From positions 620,001 to 684,000 of the forward strand of contig OZ024746.1 in NCBI GenBank assembly GCA_964016885.1: a stretch of DNA of 64,000 nt, given 5' to 3'. Origin of the DNA: Eledone cirrhosa. Lineage: Eukaryota. Both the position numbers and the translations under genes were made by a program. How positions within the stretch are numbered: position 1 is the stretch's first letter; the number at the start of each line of letters is the position of its first letter. Positions 1-13,217 of this stretch are shown here, in pieces. The notes beneath the pieces were generated by a model, which was not told the DNA's origin, ran no database searches, and saw only the letters and a program-made list of their open reading frames with translations.

Positions 1-611
1 AGCTTCTCTCCAGGGCGTAAGACCGTGTTAGGAAATTTAGGCTGAAACGAGACAAATATTTTATAACAAGAATTAAATTGGAAATATATTTATACCAATA
101 TTTGTTTAATGTCTGTTATACAGAAACTGTGTAATTTGACGGCCTCAGCATGAAAAAGTCCCCCCCTTCCTACCATACTAATATTTAGAGCGGGTTAAGG
201 GTTGGTAAATATCTGAGGATTATGGAGGATGTCTTAGTTCTAATATAGACAATTTATGATAGGCTTTGTTTTTATGTATTTTTACGAGTTTGGCATCCGA
301 TGGTCTTATCTACTGTGATGGTCTTATCTAATGTGATGGTCTTATCTGCTGGGTGTCTTGTACATTGTTGGCTTTGTTTTCTGAGTATTATTTACATAAA
401 GGGTATACAGTAATTACTTTGTATTTGTTCTGGGTATATCTACGTTCAGATTTATGTATTTATGTATTTGCTTATATATATATCATCATCATTATACATC
501 CGCTAAATACATGGAAACAAAACTACATATATATATATATAGTTATAAAAACTATAACATATAACATAAAAAAAAAGCTTATCATAAACTAAATGTCTAT
601 ATTAGAAACAA

Positions 612-659
<48 letters not shown>

Positions 660-779
660 AGTATATGTTTCCAGTTCCTCAGAGAAATAACAACCCAACC
701 AGGAACTGGGCATATCAGAGTATTGACAAAATTATACACCTCAACAACATATGTACTTGTCTATACCATACTAATTCAA

Positions 780-834
780 ACTGCCTGAAGAGGTCACAGC
801 CAAAGATGGCTGTCACTGAAATATATATAGCAGT
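780..834 (+). ncRNA. Type I hammerhead ribozyme motif
   Basis: actgc-CTGAAGA-ggtcacagcc(aaagat)ggctgtcact-GAA-atatatat-a-gcagt. Palindromic stem III, AUA site, followed by aataaa. Confidence 0.75.
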
Positions 835-879
835 AATAAACGAAGCTAAATTTTAAACATTTGACTTTTTATTTAACTT

Positions 880-930
<51 letters not shown>

Positions 931-998
931 CAAGGTTTAGCAAATAGAGAAAAAGTTTTTAAATAAATTTTAAAAAGTTCACTGTACTTACTATATGT

Positions 999-1082
999 AC
1001 CTTTACCGCGCAGTTTCAAATCCCAAAATAAATGGATAATCCAGGCGGACTTTCATTGAGAAGGGGACTCTCATCAGAAGGT
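999..1082 (-). ncRNA. Type I hammerhead ribozyme motif with large stem II loop
   Basis: Minus strand: acctt-CTGATGA-gagtccc...gggattt-GAA-actgcgcggt-a-aaggt (GUA site). Confidence 0.75.
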
Positions 1083-1226
1083 TCTTCTCGCTCGGAGAAT
1101 ATAAAATTCCCGAGTTCAAATCACAAACTGGGGCCATACAAAACCGTTCCCGGATGAGAGTGAATGAGGAAGGAACCAATTTTGTCTAGTGCCATGTGTA
1201 AAGACAGAAGGCAAGGGCGGACAGGT

Positions 1227-1280
<54 letters not shown>

Positions 1281-1999
1281 TTGTTTTCATGTATTTAGCT
1301 TTTTTATTGTGCTTCGACCTGTTACATGTGTTTCACAGAGGATTGTCTCAGGGTCAACCATAGTAGTTATGAACCCTGTACTTTTTGTTGAATCACCAGT
1401 CTCAAAAGCAGACTGGTAATGGAGTTGGGTCCATAACTTCTATGGGTGACCTTGAGCCAGTCTCTGTGAAACACGCGTAACAGGTCAATACACATTAAAA
1501 AACTAAATGTAAACTTCATCATTCTTATTAATATATACATTCTGCCTATGCGTAGAATGCTTATTTTGGTAGCACCATTAGTAATTCACCGAATCACATA
1601 CACTATATCATTATCATCATCATCTTTTAATGTCTATTTTCCACACTTAAATGGGTTAGATGGGTTGTCGTGTTATAAGTCAGGTGACCACATCTTGCTT
1701 ATACAGATCTTTTTTTTGGCTTGGTTTCTATGACTAGATGCCCTTATTAACACCAACCACATTACAGTGAGAACTGAGTGCTTTTTATCATGACACCGAA
1801 ATGACCATTTAACATAGTGGACTGGATGGGTTTTGTCATTCCACCAACACAACCACCTTACAGGATGGACTGAGTGCTTTTTGTTGTGTCATCAGCTTAA
1901 CCACCTCATATATATATAACCCATACTTGCGTGGAAGATAGATGTTAAACAATGATGATGTTTAACCCATGCTAGCGTGGAAGATGGACGTTAAACGAA

Positions 2000-2032
<33 letters not shown>

Positions 2033-2078
2033 ATATATATATAAATATATATATATATACACACACACACACATACAT

Positions 2079-2658
2079 ATCATCATCATCATCATCATCA
2101 TCTTTGTTTAACATCCATCTTCCACACTAGCATGGGTTAGACGGGAGTTGTCCCACTTGAGGCAAGGTTGGTCGGGTGACCGTGTCTCGCTCATATAGGA
2201 CTATCTGGCAGGTTTTCTATGGCTGGATGCCCTTCCAACCACATTTACTGTGTGGAACTGGGAACTTTTTACCTACACGGCCACATTACACTGTGGATTG
2301 TGTTTTTTTTCTCGTGACACCTACAAGATCTCGATCTCAAACTCATTATCTCATTTATTTGGACAGGATGTTGTGGTACCAACTTTACAGAGAGAGGGTG
2401 GTGTTGGTGGGAATGGGAGGATAGGGTAGGGGTAGTGGATTGGGGTGTATATTTGGTTAAGAGGTGCCTACTGACTGTAGGTTTCGCTTTGTACATAGGC
2501 AAGGCGGGTCCTCTGTATTACTGTGTAGCGCCAAAGATCTCGATCCAGTGACATTGTCTTAGAGAGGTGCAAGTTTGTAAGGTCGGAATTTTTCAGATCG
2601 TCCCAGGTTTTTCTGGGTCTACCTACTCCATAACTTTCATCAATTTTGATCGCCCTGC
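2079..2658 (-). mobile_element. RTE LINE 3' fragment
   Basis: Matches the 3' end of the 15133-18145 copy; (CAT)n tail. Confidence 0.85.
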
Positions 2659-3233
2659 TCTATATAAAGTAAGGGGCACACAGGACAAAATCAATGGAAA
2701 AGACAACGTAAAGACAGTCCACTCAGTCAGCCTCTGAAAAACTCTATAGTTTTGGTACATTAAGGTTGATATTGTGTTGATTGAGACATAACAGGTAGAG
2801 GCAATACCTTTAGGCAAATTACACAAATATAGAGTGTGCAAGGGTTTAGCCAAAAGAGAAAAATAATAAAACAGAAGAGAATAATAAGGACTGTTGTCCA
2901 ACATGTGGACAAAGAAGGATACTGAGGTGTAGAAAAGATAAGAAAGGAGGATGGGGGAAACAGGCCAGGTGATGTGACATATATATATAACGAAGGAGTT
3001 GTGGTAAGGAACCAGATGGACCATAATGCACCAGAGTACTCAATACTTAGGGTAGTAGAGTGGGTAATAGGAAAATGTATGACCTCGACGGCAGAGCTCA
3101 AGCTGTTTCGCCGGCTAATTCTGGACTAAATTAGAATTATTAGCCTGGCTAAAAATTCTAATATAGTCCAGAAACAGCCGGCGAAACGGCTTGAGCTCTG
3201 CCGTCGGGGTCATACATTTTCCTATATATATAT

Positions 3234-4740
3234 ATCATCATCATCATCATCGTTTAACGTCCATTTTCCACGCTAGCATGGGTCTGGGCAGGAATTGTCT
3301 CACTTGAGGCAAGATTGGTTGTCTTGCTCAGGACTGTCTGGCGGGTTTTCTACGGCTGGATGCCCTTCCTAACACCAACCACGTTTTCAGTGTGGACTGG
3401 GAGGTTTTTACCGTGTTACCTACACGGCCACATTACAGCGTGGACTGCGTGTTTTATTGTCGTGACACCTACACAACCTCATTTATTTGGGACTGGATGT
3501 TGTGGTACCAACATAGCTTTACATCAAAAGGGGTGGTGTAGATGGTGGTGGGGGTAGGGTTAGTGGGACGGGGGTGTATTTTGGTTAATAGGTGCCTACT
3601 GACTGTAGGTTTCGCTTTGTACTTATGCAAGGCGTAGCGCCAAAGCTCTCGGTCCAGTGACATTGTCTTGGAGAGGTGTAACATGAGCATCACATGACCA
3701 TACCAATGTAGTCTTCTCTCGAGTAAACAGCATCTGATCCCTCTTATTCCTAATTTCTCACTTAGTTCATTTATGCTTTGCCGTTCGCGTATATTACTAT
3801 TATGCATCCAACGGAGCATGCATGCTTCGTTCCTCTCCAGTCTGCGTAGATCCTCTGCACACAAGGCCCATGTCTTACTGCCATGTAACATCGCTGTTCG
3901 TATGCAGGCATATACAGCCTGCCTTTCATTTTTAGAGAGAAACCTTTAGCGGCCAATAGTGGTATAAGCTCTCTGAACTTTTTCCATCCTGTTCAGACTC
4001 TAGCTACAGTACTTTCAGAGCACCCTCCCCCACTGCTGATTTTGTCACCCAGGTAACGGAAGGTGTCCACTATTTCTATAGAACCATCTGGGCAATGGAA
4101 TGAGCTAGTATTCTGTGGGCATTTGCTGCTACTTATTGCACCAGAGCACTGGCCACATGTAAAATCTATATTCTTAGTTAGCTTACTTGTGATCCCACTA
4201 CATCTTTTATGCACTCATACTTTGCATTTGGGACATAAAATGGAGTTTCTGCCTACTCCTTTCCTACACACTGAGCATGGCCATTTCCCAGATGGGACCA
4301 GTGCCCTATTCTCCTTCCTACATATTAGGACTTTAGTCTTAGACAAGTTAACTTTAAGGCCTTTTGATTCTAGGCCATGCTTCCATGTTTGGAATTTCTT
4401 CTCTAGTTCGGCCATTGATTCGGCTATGAGCGTTAGATCATCTGCATTTAGGAGTTCCCATGGGCAGCCCATCTTCAACTTCTCTGTTATAGCCTGAAGG
4501 GCAATAATAAATAGTAGGGGGCTAAGAACGGAGCCCTGATGAACACCAACTTTTACGCTAAACTCTTCACTATATTCATTGTTAATTCTAACCTTGCTGG
4601 CTGTTTCTTTATACATAGCTTGTATAGCTCTCACAAGCCATTCATCTACACCTAGTTTTCTAAGAGCCCACCAGATAATGGAGCGGGGGACTCTGTCAAA
4701 GGCTTTCTCCAGGTCTACAAAAGCTAAGTAGAGGGGTTTA
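3234..4740 (-). mobile_element. RTE LINE 3' half, same family
   Basis: FVDLEKAFDRVP, VHQGSVLSPLLF, NADD, FRYLG, WYGHVM; 3' UTR and (CAT)n tail. Confidence 0.92.
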
Positions 4741-5422
4741 CTATATATATATATTGCTAAAAGGGGCAAAATATAATGGTGACAATGAAATTGTCACCAT
4801 TATCATCATTGTTGTTTTTCATATGTTTTTCCATATTAGGATGGGTTGGACAAGATATTTTGAGGCAGTGTTTTATGTCTGGAGGCTCCTTCCTGATCCC
4901 AATCTAGGAAGGACATCTTTTCCATGTAAAACACTACCACATCAACTGTCAATGTCCTGTACCACATGCAACCACAGCAACAAGACATTCTTGAAAAGTA
5001 CAAAACATTAATATGTCCTCTAGTAAAGATACTATAAATACTTAACAAACATACTTATAGGTATTTTCTACTAAATTATTAGTTTAAGAGGCAAAATAGC
5101 ATTGTTAAATGGGAGATAATTCATATTTATTTCTTGAAAAATAGTTTTTAACGTTTAATTACTGGTATTGTACTCCTAGGTCCCACATAATTGGGGGGGG
5201 GGAGTATCGTACTCCGAGGTCCCAATAGGGTAGGGGAGAGTTGGAATGAGTGTGTGTGTGTGGGGGGGGGGGGGGGGGGGGTCGACAGAATTAGTCGTTT
5301 AGTTTACAACCATCCTATTTATTTTATGAAATATGGGATTTCTTGTAATGTATTTTTTTTTTGTCATGTATAATATTTTTTAATGTCTAAAGAAAATTAA
5401 TTGCTGGAGAAATATTACCAGT

Positions 5423-5460
<38 letters not shown>

Positions 5461-5639
5461 CCCCACACTGTAAATGTGGTTGGTGTGAGGAAGGGCATCC
5501 AGCTGTAGAAAACCCGCCAGACAGTCCTATGCGAGCAAGACAACCACTCTTGCCTCAAGTGGGAAAACTCCCGTTCAAACCCATGCAAGCATGGAACATG
5601 GACGTTAAACGATGATGATGATGATGATGATATATAAAT

Positions 5640-6122
5640 CAGGATAGAACCCTTTCTTATGGATGAATCTTGGGTAATGACCGAATACGATCACAAATAC
5701 AAGCGATCAAAATGGAGTTCCTCCGAAGAGTCTTTGGAGTAACTTTAGTCGATAAAGTGCATAGCTCGGAGATGAGAGAGTCACTCCAGGTAGAGCCACT
5801 ACTTCTCCTAATTGAGAGATCACAGCTCTGGTACTATAGAGGGTATGTGGTTAGAATGTCACAGGAAAGAATCACTAGAAAGCTTTTGCAGGTAAAACCA
5901 ACTGGCAGGAGACCCAGGGGTAGACCCCTAGTAAGATAGCATCCATGGGCTTGGCTGGTCTCACTTAGGGATCCAGCCAGATCAGTTGGAAACGGTTGCT
6001 TCTGACAGGACCTGTTGGGAGGAGTGTTTGAGGATTCTGACTCCACGACCTTCTCGGGAATAAGTGGGCGAAGAAGGAGGATAGAACCAGTTTAAAACTA
6101 GTTAGACCATTGGGTCCTGATT
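5640..6122 (+). mobile_element. Third RTE family, C-terminal fragment (another copy at ~25620-26085, minus)
   Basis: IQAIKMEFLRRVFGVTLVDKV..IERSQLW..V.RM..G.RPRGRP, a typical RTE C-terminus. Confidence 0.8.
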
Positions 6123-6147
6123 CTTTATAATAGATATATATACACAT

Positions 6148-6233
<86 letters not shown>

Positions 6234-6251
6234 GAAGATCAGAATACTTAC

Positions 6252-6423
6252 TTCATTAACACTATTTGCATAATGTTGTGTTTCCATACAAAATCCAGAA
6301 AGCTGTTTATAAACTGCCTCATCTTTCCCAACAGGTCCATTAAGGAAGTACCCAGTGTATACATGTACTCCAGGTTGGGTGGTCCAAACTTTCAGGCTTC
6401 GTTCAGTCTCTTCATGCCACATC
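6252..6423 (-). CDS. GALM: GALM exon (human exon 6 equivalent)
   Basis: ttgcag|g-MWHEETERSLKVWTTQPGVHVYTGYFLNGPVGKDEAVYKQLSGFCMETQHYANSVNE|gtaagt. TTQPG..YTG and catalytic ETQ motifs. 172 bp. Confidence 0.95.
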
Positions 6424-7101
6424 CTGCAATTTTAAAATAGAAAACTGATTTAAAATCCCTATCCACTCATTAATAACCATGAGTAGCACCAATTTTACCC
6501 TCTGGTGTCGAATAATCATTGTCACCCTGCCCCTGGCCAATTAATTTTTGATATTACTCCCACCCCATTAAATATTGCTAATCTATCTTCAGTGAAATTT
6601 TACTTTAAGTAGCAGCATTCCTTAATTTTCTTTATACATAAAAAAAAACATTACACATGACAAAAAAGTATATTACTAGAAACCCCATACATTATAAAAT
6701 AAATAGGATGGGTTGGGGGTCTCAATATGTAAACTAAATGACTAATTCTGGTTTTAAAAATACCTACTTTCCAACTTCTTAAAATTCTCAACATCCAACG
6801 GCATCAGAAAAACCAGATTTTAATAGAAATACTCCAGTGCAGCTATGTTTAACCTAGTTATCTCCCCTTAAGTCAATGATTACTTTACGTTTCACATGTT
6901 AGACCTGACCTTACAGTCTGTCACTCTCTCCTCTTTCCCCTCTCTTTCTCCCGTGGCCTAAAGGTCCTTTATTTTCCTATACAGTCAGATTTGCTCTTCT
7001 TTACCCTTTCCCATCCTTTTTTCGTTACTTAATTTTGTTTTTATCTTTTTTAAATATTCCCATCATTGTATAACTTTTGTCTGTAAAATATAGTTAACAT
7101 A

Positions 7102-8302
7102 ATATAAAGGAAGGTCTGCGGGACTGCGTACTGTTTATTTTTTTTTATCCCGTTAGTAAAATAAGTTGGATTACTTTAAATAAATAATGAATGAATATTA
7201 CATAATTTATCTACTAAATTTCATGGCTGTTGATTAAATATATTTTATTTATTTAAAGATTCACTTCTTTAAAATTTCTGAAATGTCAACACTTCCGTTG
7301 ACGATCGCTTAAATAAACATACTAATTTTCTCCTAATGTAGTTTATATAGAATATCGTCTTTTTTAATGTATCATGGATTACGTTACTGATTACATAAGA
7401 CAATGTAAGCAGTCTTCGTTCAATTTCTATGTATTATATATTGTCAATTACGATTTTATTTGATGTATCATATCTACATGTATATATACCTGTGTATGAT
7501 ATCAATATACACACTACACATGCTAGCAGAAAACCACCCGAGGGGTGGTTTTCTGCTAGTCTAAACTATAATAAAGGAAGGTCTGCGGGACTACGTACGG
7601 TTTATTTTTTTTATCCTGTTTGTAAAATAAGTTGGATTACTTTGAATAAATAATTGTTTCTACTTTTTGGCACAAGGCCAGCAATTATCCCAGTGTATTA
7701 CTGGTACTTTATTTTATCGACCCCGTAAGGATGAAAGGCAAAGTTAACCTCGGCGGGATTTGAACTCAGTCCGTAAAGGGACGTAACTGTGCTGCAAAGC
7801 ATGGCGTCCGACCCTCTACCGATACTGCCAATCCACCCCAATAAATAATGAATGAATATTACATAATTTATCTACCTAAATTTCATAAACAAAAATAATT
7901 TTGTAAAAATAAATAATTTAAAATTGACTTCTTTTCAAAGTTGCACTTCCGGTATATCGTTGCCACCACCACCCCTTCAACTACCATATATATAGAAAGA
8001 GAGAGAGTGTGTGATGTGAACACTTCCGGTGGCGATCACTTAAATTAACATACTAATGTTCTGACACTAATTTTCTCCTAATGCAGTTTATATATAATAT
8101 TGTCTTTTTTTAATGTATCATGGATTACGTTACTGATTACATAAGACAGTGTAACACAGTCTTCGTTCAATTTCTGTGTATATTGTCAATTACGATTTTA
8201 TTTGATGTATCATATCTACATGTATATATACTTGCGTATAATATAAATATACACACTACACATACTAGCAGAAAACCACCCTTCTGGTGGTTTTCTGCTA
8301 GT
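7102..8302 (+). mobile_element. Two head-to-tail copies of a Helitron-like element (7102-7560, 7568-8302)
   Basis: Both start ataaaggaaggtctgcggga and end in the hairpin ctagcagaaaaccacc..ggtggttttctgCTAGt. The second copy contains a SINE. Confidence 0.62.
7654..7839 (-). mobile_element. Second SINE family (copies at ~24988-25185, ~26335-26472, ~45118-45225, ~8865-8980, ~60330-60440)
   Basis: Recurring tttattttatcgaccc..aggatgaaaggcaaagttgac..ggatttgaactcag, with B-box gagttcaaatccc on the minus strand. Confidence 0.78.
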
Positions 8303-8305
8303 ATG

Positions 8306-8738
8306 AAATAATAATAATGAAAATTATTGTGTACAGTGCTCAGGTGCACTACATCAAAAATAATGTACAATTGTCAGGAAAGTGAACAGTGTCTGAGTTA
8401 TGATACACACAGACACACACACACAAGTGTGCATGTGTATGGAGGGGGGGATATCAGGTGTAGTGTTGGCGAATTTCAGGAAACATGTAAGTTTTGAAGG
8501 ATACAGTGTCCCGGCAGCTAACAACTGATGCAGGAAGTTTGTTCCATTTCAGCACCTCTGAGTGTGAAAAAATGTTTCTGAACGTTATGGGAGCTGTGCT
8601 GTTTTCTGACTTCATAGGTATGCACACAGGTGTTAGACATATAGAATTCAAAAAGGTGCTCAGGGTTGTTGTGGAAAAGATGGTTGATAATTCTGTGGGT
8701 GTTTAGCAAGTCAGTTGTCAGACATTGGAGCTTCAATG
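8306..8738 (-). mobile_element. CR1/L2-group LINE 3' fragment
   Basis: DLLNTHRII..KHFFT.R..WNKLPASVV..SFK is CR1-like. (ATT)n tail. Short tail copy at ~56380-56450. Confidence 0.75.
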
Positions 8739-9472
8739 TAGGAAAGCATACATATGTTTATGTATAACAGATAACAAAATATTTCCATCATTGTATAACT
8801 TTTGTAAAATATAGTTGACATAAAGTTTATCGGGTAAAAAAAGCAAAAAAAGACATGTCAGTTACTAGAGTAAGGTAGTGAATGAGTCGATAGAGTGTCA
8901 GATAGAATGATTTGTGGTATGGTTTTGGCTCTCTTATCTCTGAGTTCAAATCTGGACAAGATCAACTTTTATCCATTCGAGTTTGATTCTTCCTCTAAAT
9001 CTCTCTCTTCCATTCTCTCACTCTCTCATTCTCTGGAAGAAATCTGCTGTATTCAGACCTGGAGATGGGCTCCACAAGTTTTAAAAATGCCCCAGAAATG
9101 CCATATGTCAATTCATCACTCCGATGACTCCCTTGGGAGTTATGGGGCCATGTATGTAGATTACTAGAACAGGGCCATAAGTATTGGGGTCAGGATAATA
9201 AACTAAAACATTTGACTGAAACTAGTAAAAGAAGAAAAGAAAGAAACAACCCAGCTTCAAATCTTATGGAAAAGAGACATATTGAATATTGGAGTGTTAG
9301 AGATCACTATAACCATTGCTTAATGGATGTTGAATGATTATGACAATGATGATGATATTCACACCTTCTCAATATTGACTGTTATCCAGGTAGAAGCCAT
9401 ACCTGGATGTTACAGGGGAGTCATTGAAGGGAGAAAATGGTTGCTCTCCACTCTATTTTGATCCTATAATTT

Positions 9473-10652
9473 CTGTGTGTGATGTGTGTGTATGTGGTGT
9501 GATGTGTGGTGTGGTGTGATGTGTGGTGTGTGGTGTGTGTGTGGTGTGTCTGGTGTGTGTGATGTGTGTGGTGTGTGTGATGTGTGGTGTGTGTGATGTG
9601 TGGTGTGTGTGATGTGTGTGGTGTGTGTGGTGTGTGTGATGTGTGCGATATGCGTGTGTGTGATGTGTGTGTGTGATGGGTGATGTGTGATGTGTGTGTG
9701 ATGTGTGTGGTGTGTGTGATGTGTGATGTGGGTGTGTGTGTGAGGTGTGTGATGTGTGTGATGTGTGTGGTGTGTGTGTGTGGTGTGTGTGATGTGTGAT
9801 GTGTGTGTGCGATGTGTGATGTGGTGTGTGTGATATGTGTGATGTGTGTGATGTGTGTGGTGTGTGATGTGTGTCGTGTGTGTGATGTGTGATGTGTGTG
9901 ATGTGTGTGGTGTGTGTGATGTGTGATGTGTGTGGTGTGTGGTGTGTGGTGTGTGATGTGTGTGATGTGTGTGGTGTGTGATGTGTGTGTGTAATGTGTG
10001 TGATGTGTGATGTGTGTGGTGTGTGGTGTGTGTGTGTGTGTGTGTGGTGTGTGATGTGTGATGCGTGTGATGTGTGTGGTGTGTGATGTGTGTGTGTGCT
10101 GTGTGTGATGTGTGTGATGTGATGTGTGTGGTGTGTGTGTGGTGTGTGTGTGATGTGTGATGTGTGATGTGTGTGATGTGTGTGGTGTTTGTGTGTGATG
10201 TGTGATGTGTGTGATGTGTGATGTGTGGTGTGTGTGATGTGTGTGATGTGTGTGGTGTGTGTGATGTGTGATGTGTGTGTGTGATGTGTGTGATGTGTGG
10301 TGTGTGAAGTGTGATGTGATGTGTGTGGTGTGATGTGTGTGTGTGATGTGTGTGATGTGTGTGGTGTGTGATGTGTGTGTGATGTGTGATGTGTGTGTGT
10401 GTGATATGTGTGTGATGTGTGTGGTGTGTGTGGTGTGTGTGTGTGTGATGTGTGTGGTGTGTGTGGTGTGTGATGTGTGTGTGTGTGATATGTGTGTGAT
10501 GTGTGTGATGTGTGATGTGTGTGTGTGTGTGATGTGTGTGGTGTGTGTGGTGTGTGTGTGATGTGTGATGTGTGTGTGTGATGTGTGTGTGATGTGTGTG
10601 TGTGATGTGTGTGGTGTGTGACGTGTGATGTGTGTGCTGTGATGTGTGTGTG
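9473..10652. repeat. Complex (GT)/(GAT)/(GGT) microsatellite
   Basis: ~1.2 kb of gtgtgat/gtgtggt units. Confidence 0.95.
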
Positions 10653-10892
10653 CATGTTATTTTTCGTATGTATGTGATGTGTTGTTTTTTTCCCTAATTT
10701 TAAAATATTTTCTCCATGTTTAATTTCTATAGTTGTCTCTTTGAAAGACTCACACATGACAACTTTTTCCAATGTCACCTGAAAAACTAAGACCAAATAT
10801 CTTCAATCTAGCCATGTCTACCTCCACAGACTATAAATATCATATCCTGAATATTAGATAATAGTATACAAAATATTCCCATATATATATAT

Positions 10893-11390
10893 ACAAAGTA
10901 AAAACCTACTACAGTCAGTAGGCACCTCTATCAAAACACACCCCCGTCCCACCACCTCCACCCCACCCACACCGCCCCTTTCAATGCAAAGTTATGTTGG
11001 TCCCACAACATCCAGGCCGAAACAAATGAGATCGTGTAGGTGTCACGACAAAAAACACACAGTCCACGCTGTAAATGTGGCCGTGTAGGCAACACGGTAA
11101 AAACCTCCCAGCCCCACACTGTAAATGTGGTTGGTGTTAGGAAGGGCATCCAGCTGTAGAAAACCAGCCAGACAGTCCACGCTGTAATGTGGCCGTGTAG
11201 GCAACACGGTAAAAACCTCCCAGCCCCACACTGTAAATGTGGTTGGTGTTAGGAAGGGCATCCAACTGTAGAAAACCCGCCAGACAGTCCTATGCGAGCA
11301 AGACAATCCACTCTTGCCTCAAGTGGGAAAACCCCCGTCCAAACCCATGCAAGCGTGGAACACGGACGCTAAACCTGATGATGATGATGA

Positions 11391-11393
<3 letters not shown>
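10893..11393 (+). mobile_element. RTE LINE 3' UTR fragment with ~110-bp internal duplication
   Basis: 3' UTR match. The segment cagtccacgctg...gtagaaaacc occurs twice. Confidence 0.85.
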
Positions 11394-11432
<39 letters not shown>

Positions 11433-11501
11433 ATATATATATAGTTTCAGAAGATCCCATTAAGGGTGAAAGCAGCGATTCTTTGCTTAAACTTCAATCT
11501 G

Positions 11502-11532
<31 letters not shown>

Positions 11533-12123
11533 ATGATGAATGTTTTCCAAACATATGTCCCTACCTAGGTGTAGAGTTTGTCATCCTTTCTTTCTTCCTT
11601 CGCTTAATAGTCCTTGCCCCTTCTCCATTTTTCTTCATTATTTATATAATAAATAATTTAAATAAAAATTTTTGTAAACAATTTTAATTAGGAAGGAAAT
11701 AATATGAAAATAAAGGTATCTCTCTTACAAAGCTATTAGTGTTTTCTCCAAATTTCCCATATATATATATTGGGATTATATTTTCAGTCAAGAATGACCA
11801 TGGCTTTTACACCTGGAAAGTTCCCCTCCGAGGTATAAGCCTGGGCAAGGTTTGTATATGGAGGACCAGCAGTCGCCCATACATACCAGTCTCCTCTCTC
11901 CACGCCACTGATGTTGTCCAAGGTAATGGCTGCTATTGCTTGGCACCAGTGATGTCACAACTCATTCATACACATATACACACTATCATTATCATCATCA
12001 TCATCATCATCATCTTCGTTTAACATCCATCTTCCATGCTAGGATGGGTTAGACTATATAAACTATATATACATTATGTATACACTATATAAACTATATA
12101 TACTCTCTATACACACTATATAT

Positions 12124-12323
12124 AATGTTGTCAAAGGGAAAGGTAATGGCTGATACAGCTTGGCACCAGTGACATTGCAACTTATTTCTACAGCTGAGTA
12201 AACTGGAGCAATGTGAAATAAAGTGTTTTGCTCAAGATCACAATGCACCGCCTGATCCGGGAATCAAACTCGCAGCCTTATGATTGTGAGCTCAATGCTC
12301 TAACCACTAAGCTATGTGCCTTC
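12124..12323 (-). mobile_element. tRNA-derived SINE, same head, different body (body fragment also at ~11790-11968)
   Basis: Minus strand aggcacatagcttagtggttagagc..gagtttgattccc..cttgagcaaaacacttt. Confidence 0.78.
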
Positions 12324-12379
12324 ACACAAACATTTGAAATAGGAGGAAAATAATATGAAAATAAAGGTAGTTGTCTTAC

Positions 12380-12515
12380 AAAGCAGTCAGTTTCTTCTCC
12401 AAATTTCCAAAGCAATATGTATGGTCGTAACCATCAGGAAGTTTCTTGAATTTTTCAGTCAGAAGAACTTTTTTCCTTAAATCCATGGGAGTGCCATCAA
12501 CAGATCGAATCTCCC
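12380..12515 (-). CDS. GALM: GALM exon (human exon 5 equivalent)
   Basis: ttcag|(G)EIRSVDGTPMDLRKKVLLTEKFKKLPDGYDHTYCFGNLEKKLTA-tt|gtaaga. GYDH motif. 136 bp, phase 1/2. Confidence 0.94.
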
Positions 12516-13143
12516 CTGAAATGAAAGGGAAAACATAACATGATACATCACAATCTGCAACTTTGCTGGTTAAATGGCACCATTTAAAATTAAATATTCT
12601 AATATTTACCACCCTGTCCACTCTGTAAACTGGTAATGCTGGTTCCATGATAAAATGTTCCCAGTACATGTAATGCAGTTGGTATTAACATGTATACATA
12701 CATACATACACATACAGACATACATACATACACACATACATGCATACACACACATACATACACATACTTATATGATGGCTGCCCCCTTGTTATCGAGTAT
12801 GGACATTGCCAAATATAACATTATTAATATTTATCAATTAATTCTATCGTGCAATGCCTGTGCGTGAAGATTTTTTTTTTAAATGAAGAAAGACTGTGCA
12901 CTGAGCCAATTCCACTCTGTGAGAGACAGTAGCTATAACCCGAAAAGAAGAAAAGATCAACATCATCGGTAAGTACTGAGCCGCAGGTTTTATATCAGAG
13001 TTATCCCAGTTTCCTGAGTTGCCTTCTCCTAGAAGAATGCCCTGACAAAGGCTAGGGGTCCTTCACTCCCAGTGGTTTAATCTCGCAATTGGGTGTCCAG
13101 CCCGATTATTTCTGTCCCCGCGCATATACATTACATGCATACA

Positions 13144-13217
<74 letters not shown>

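Noticed and set aside
5159-5424. Possible MITE with actggta..ctcc(t)ag termini
   Set aside because: Termini are imperfect, single copy in the window, and no clear TSD.
1-6240. Last GALM coding exon (FP..L.PG..Y)
   Set aside because: No matching reading frame found by eye; probably left of the window. The first exon was likewise not found right of 62615.
9453-10796. 447-aa His/Thr-rich ORF
   Set aside because: Translation of a GT-rich microsatellite in a GALM intron; no evidence of a gene.
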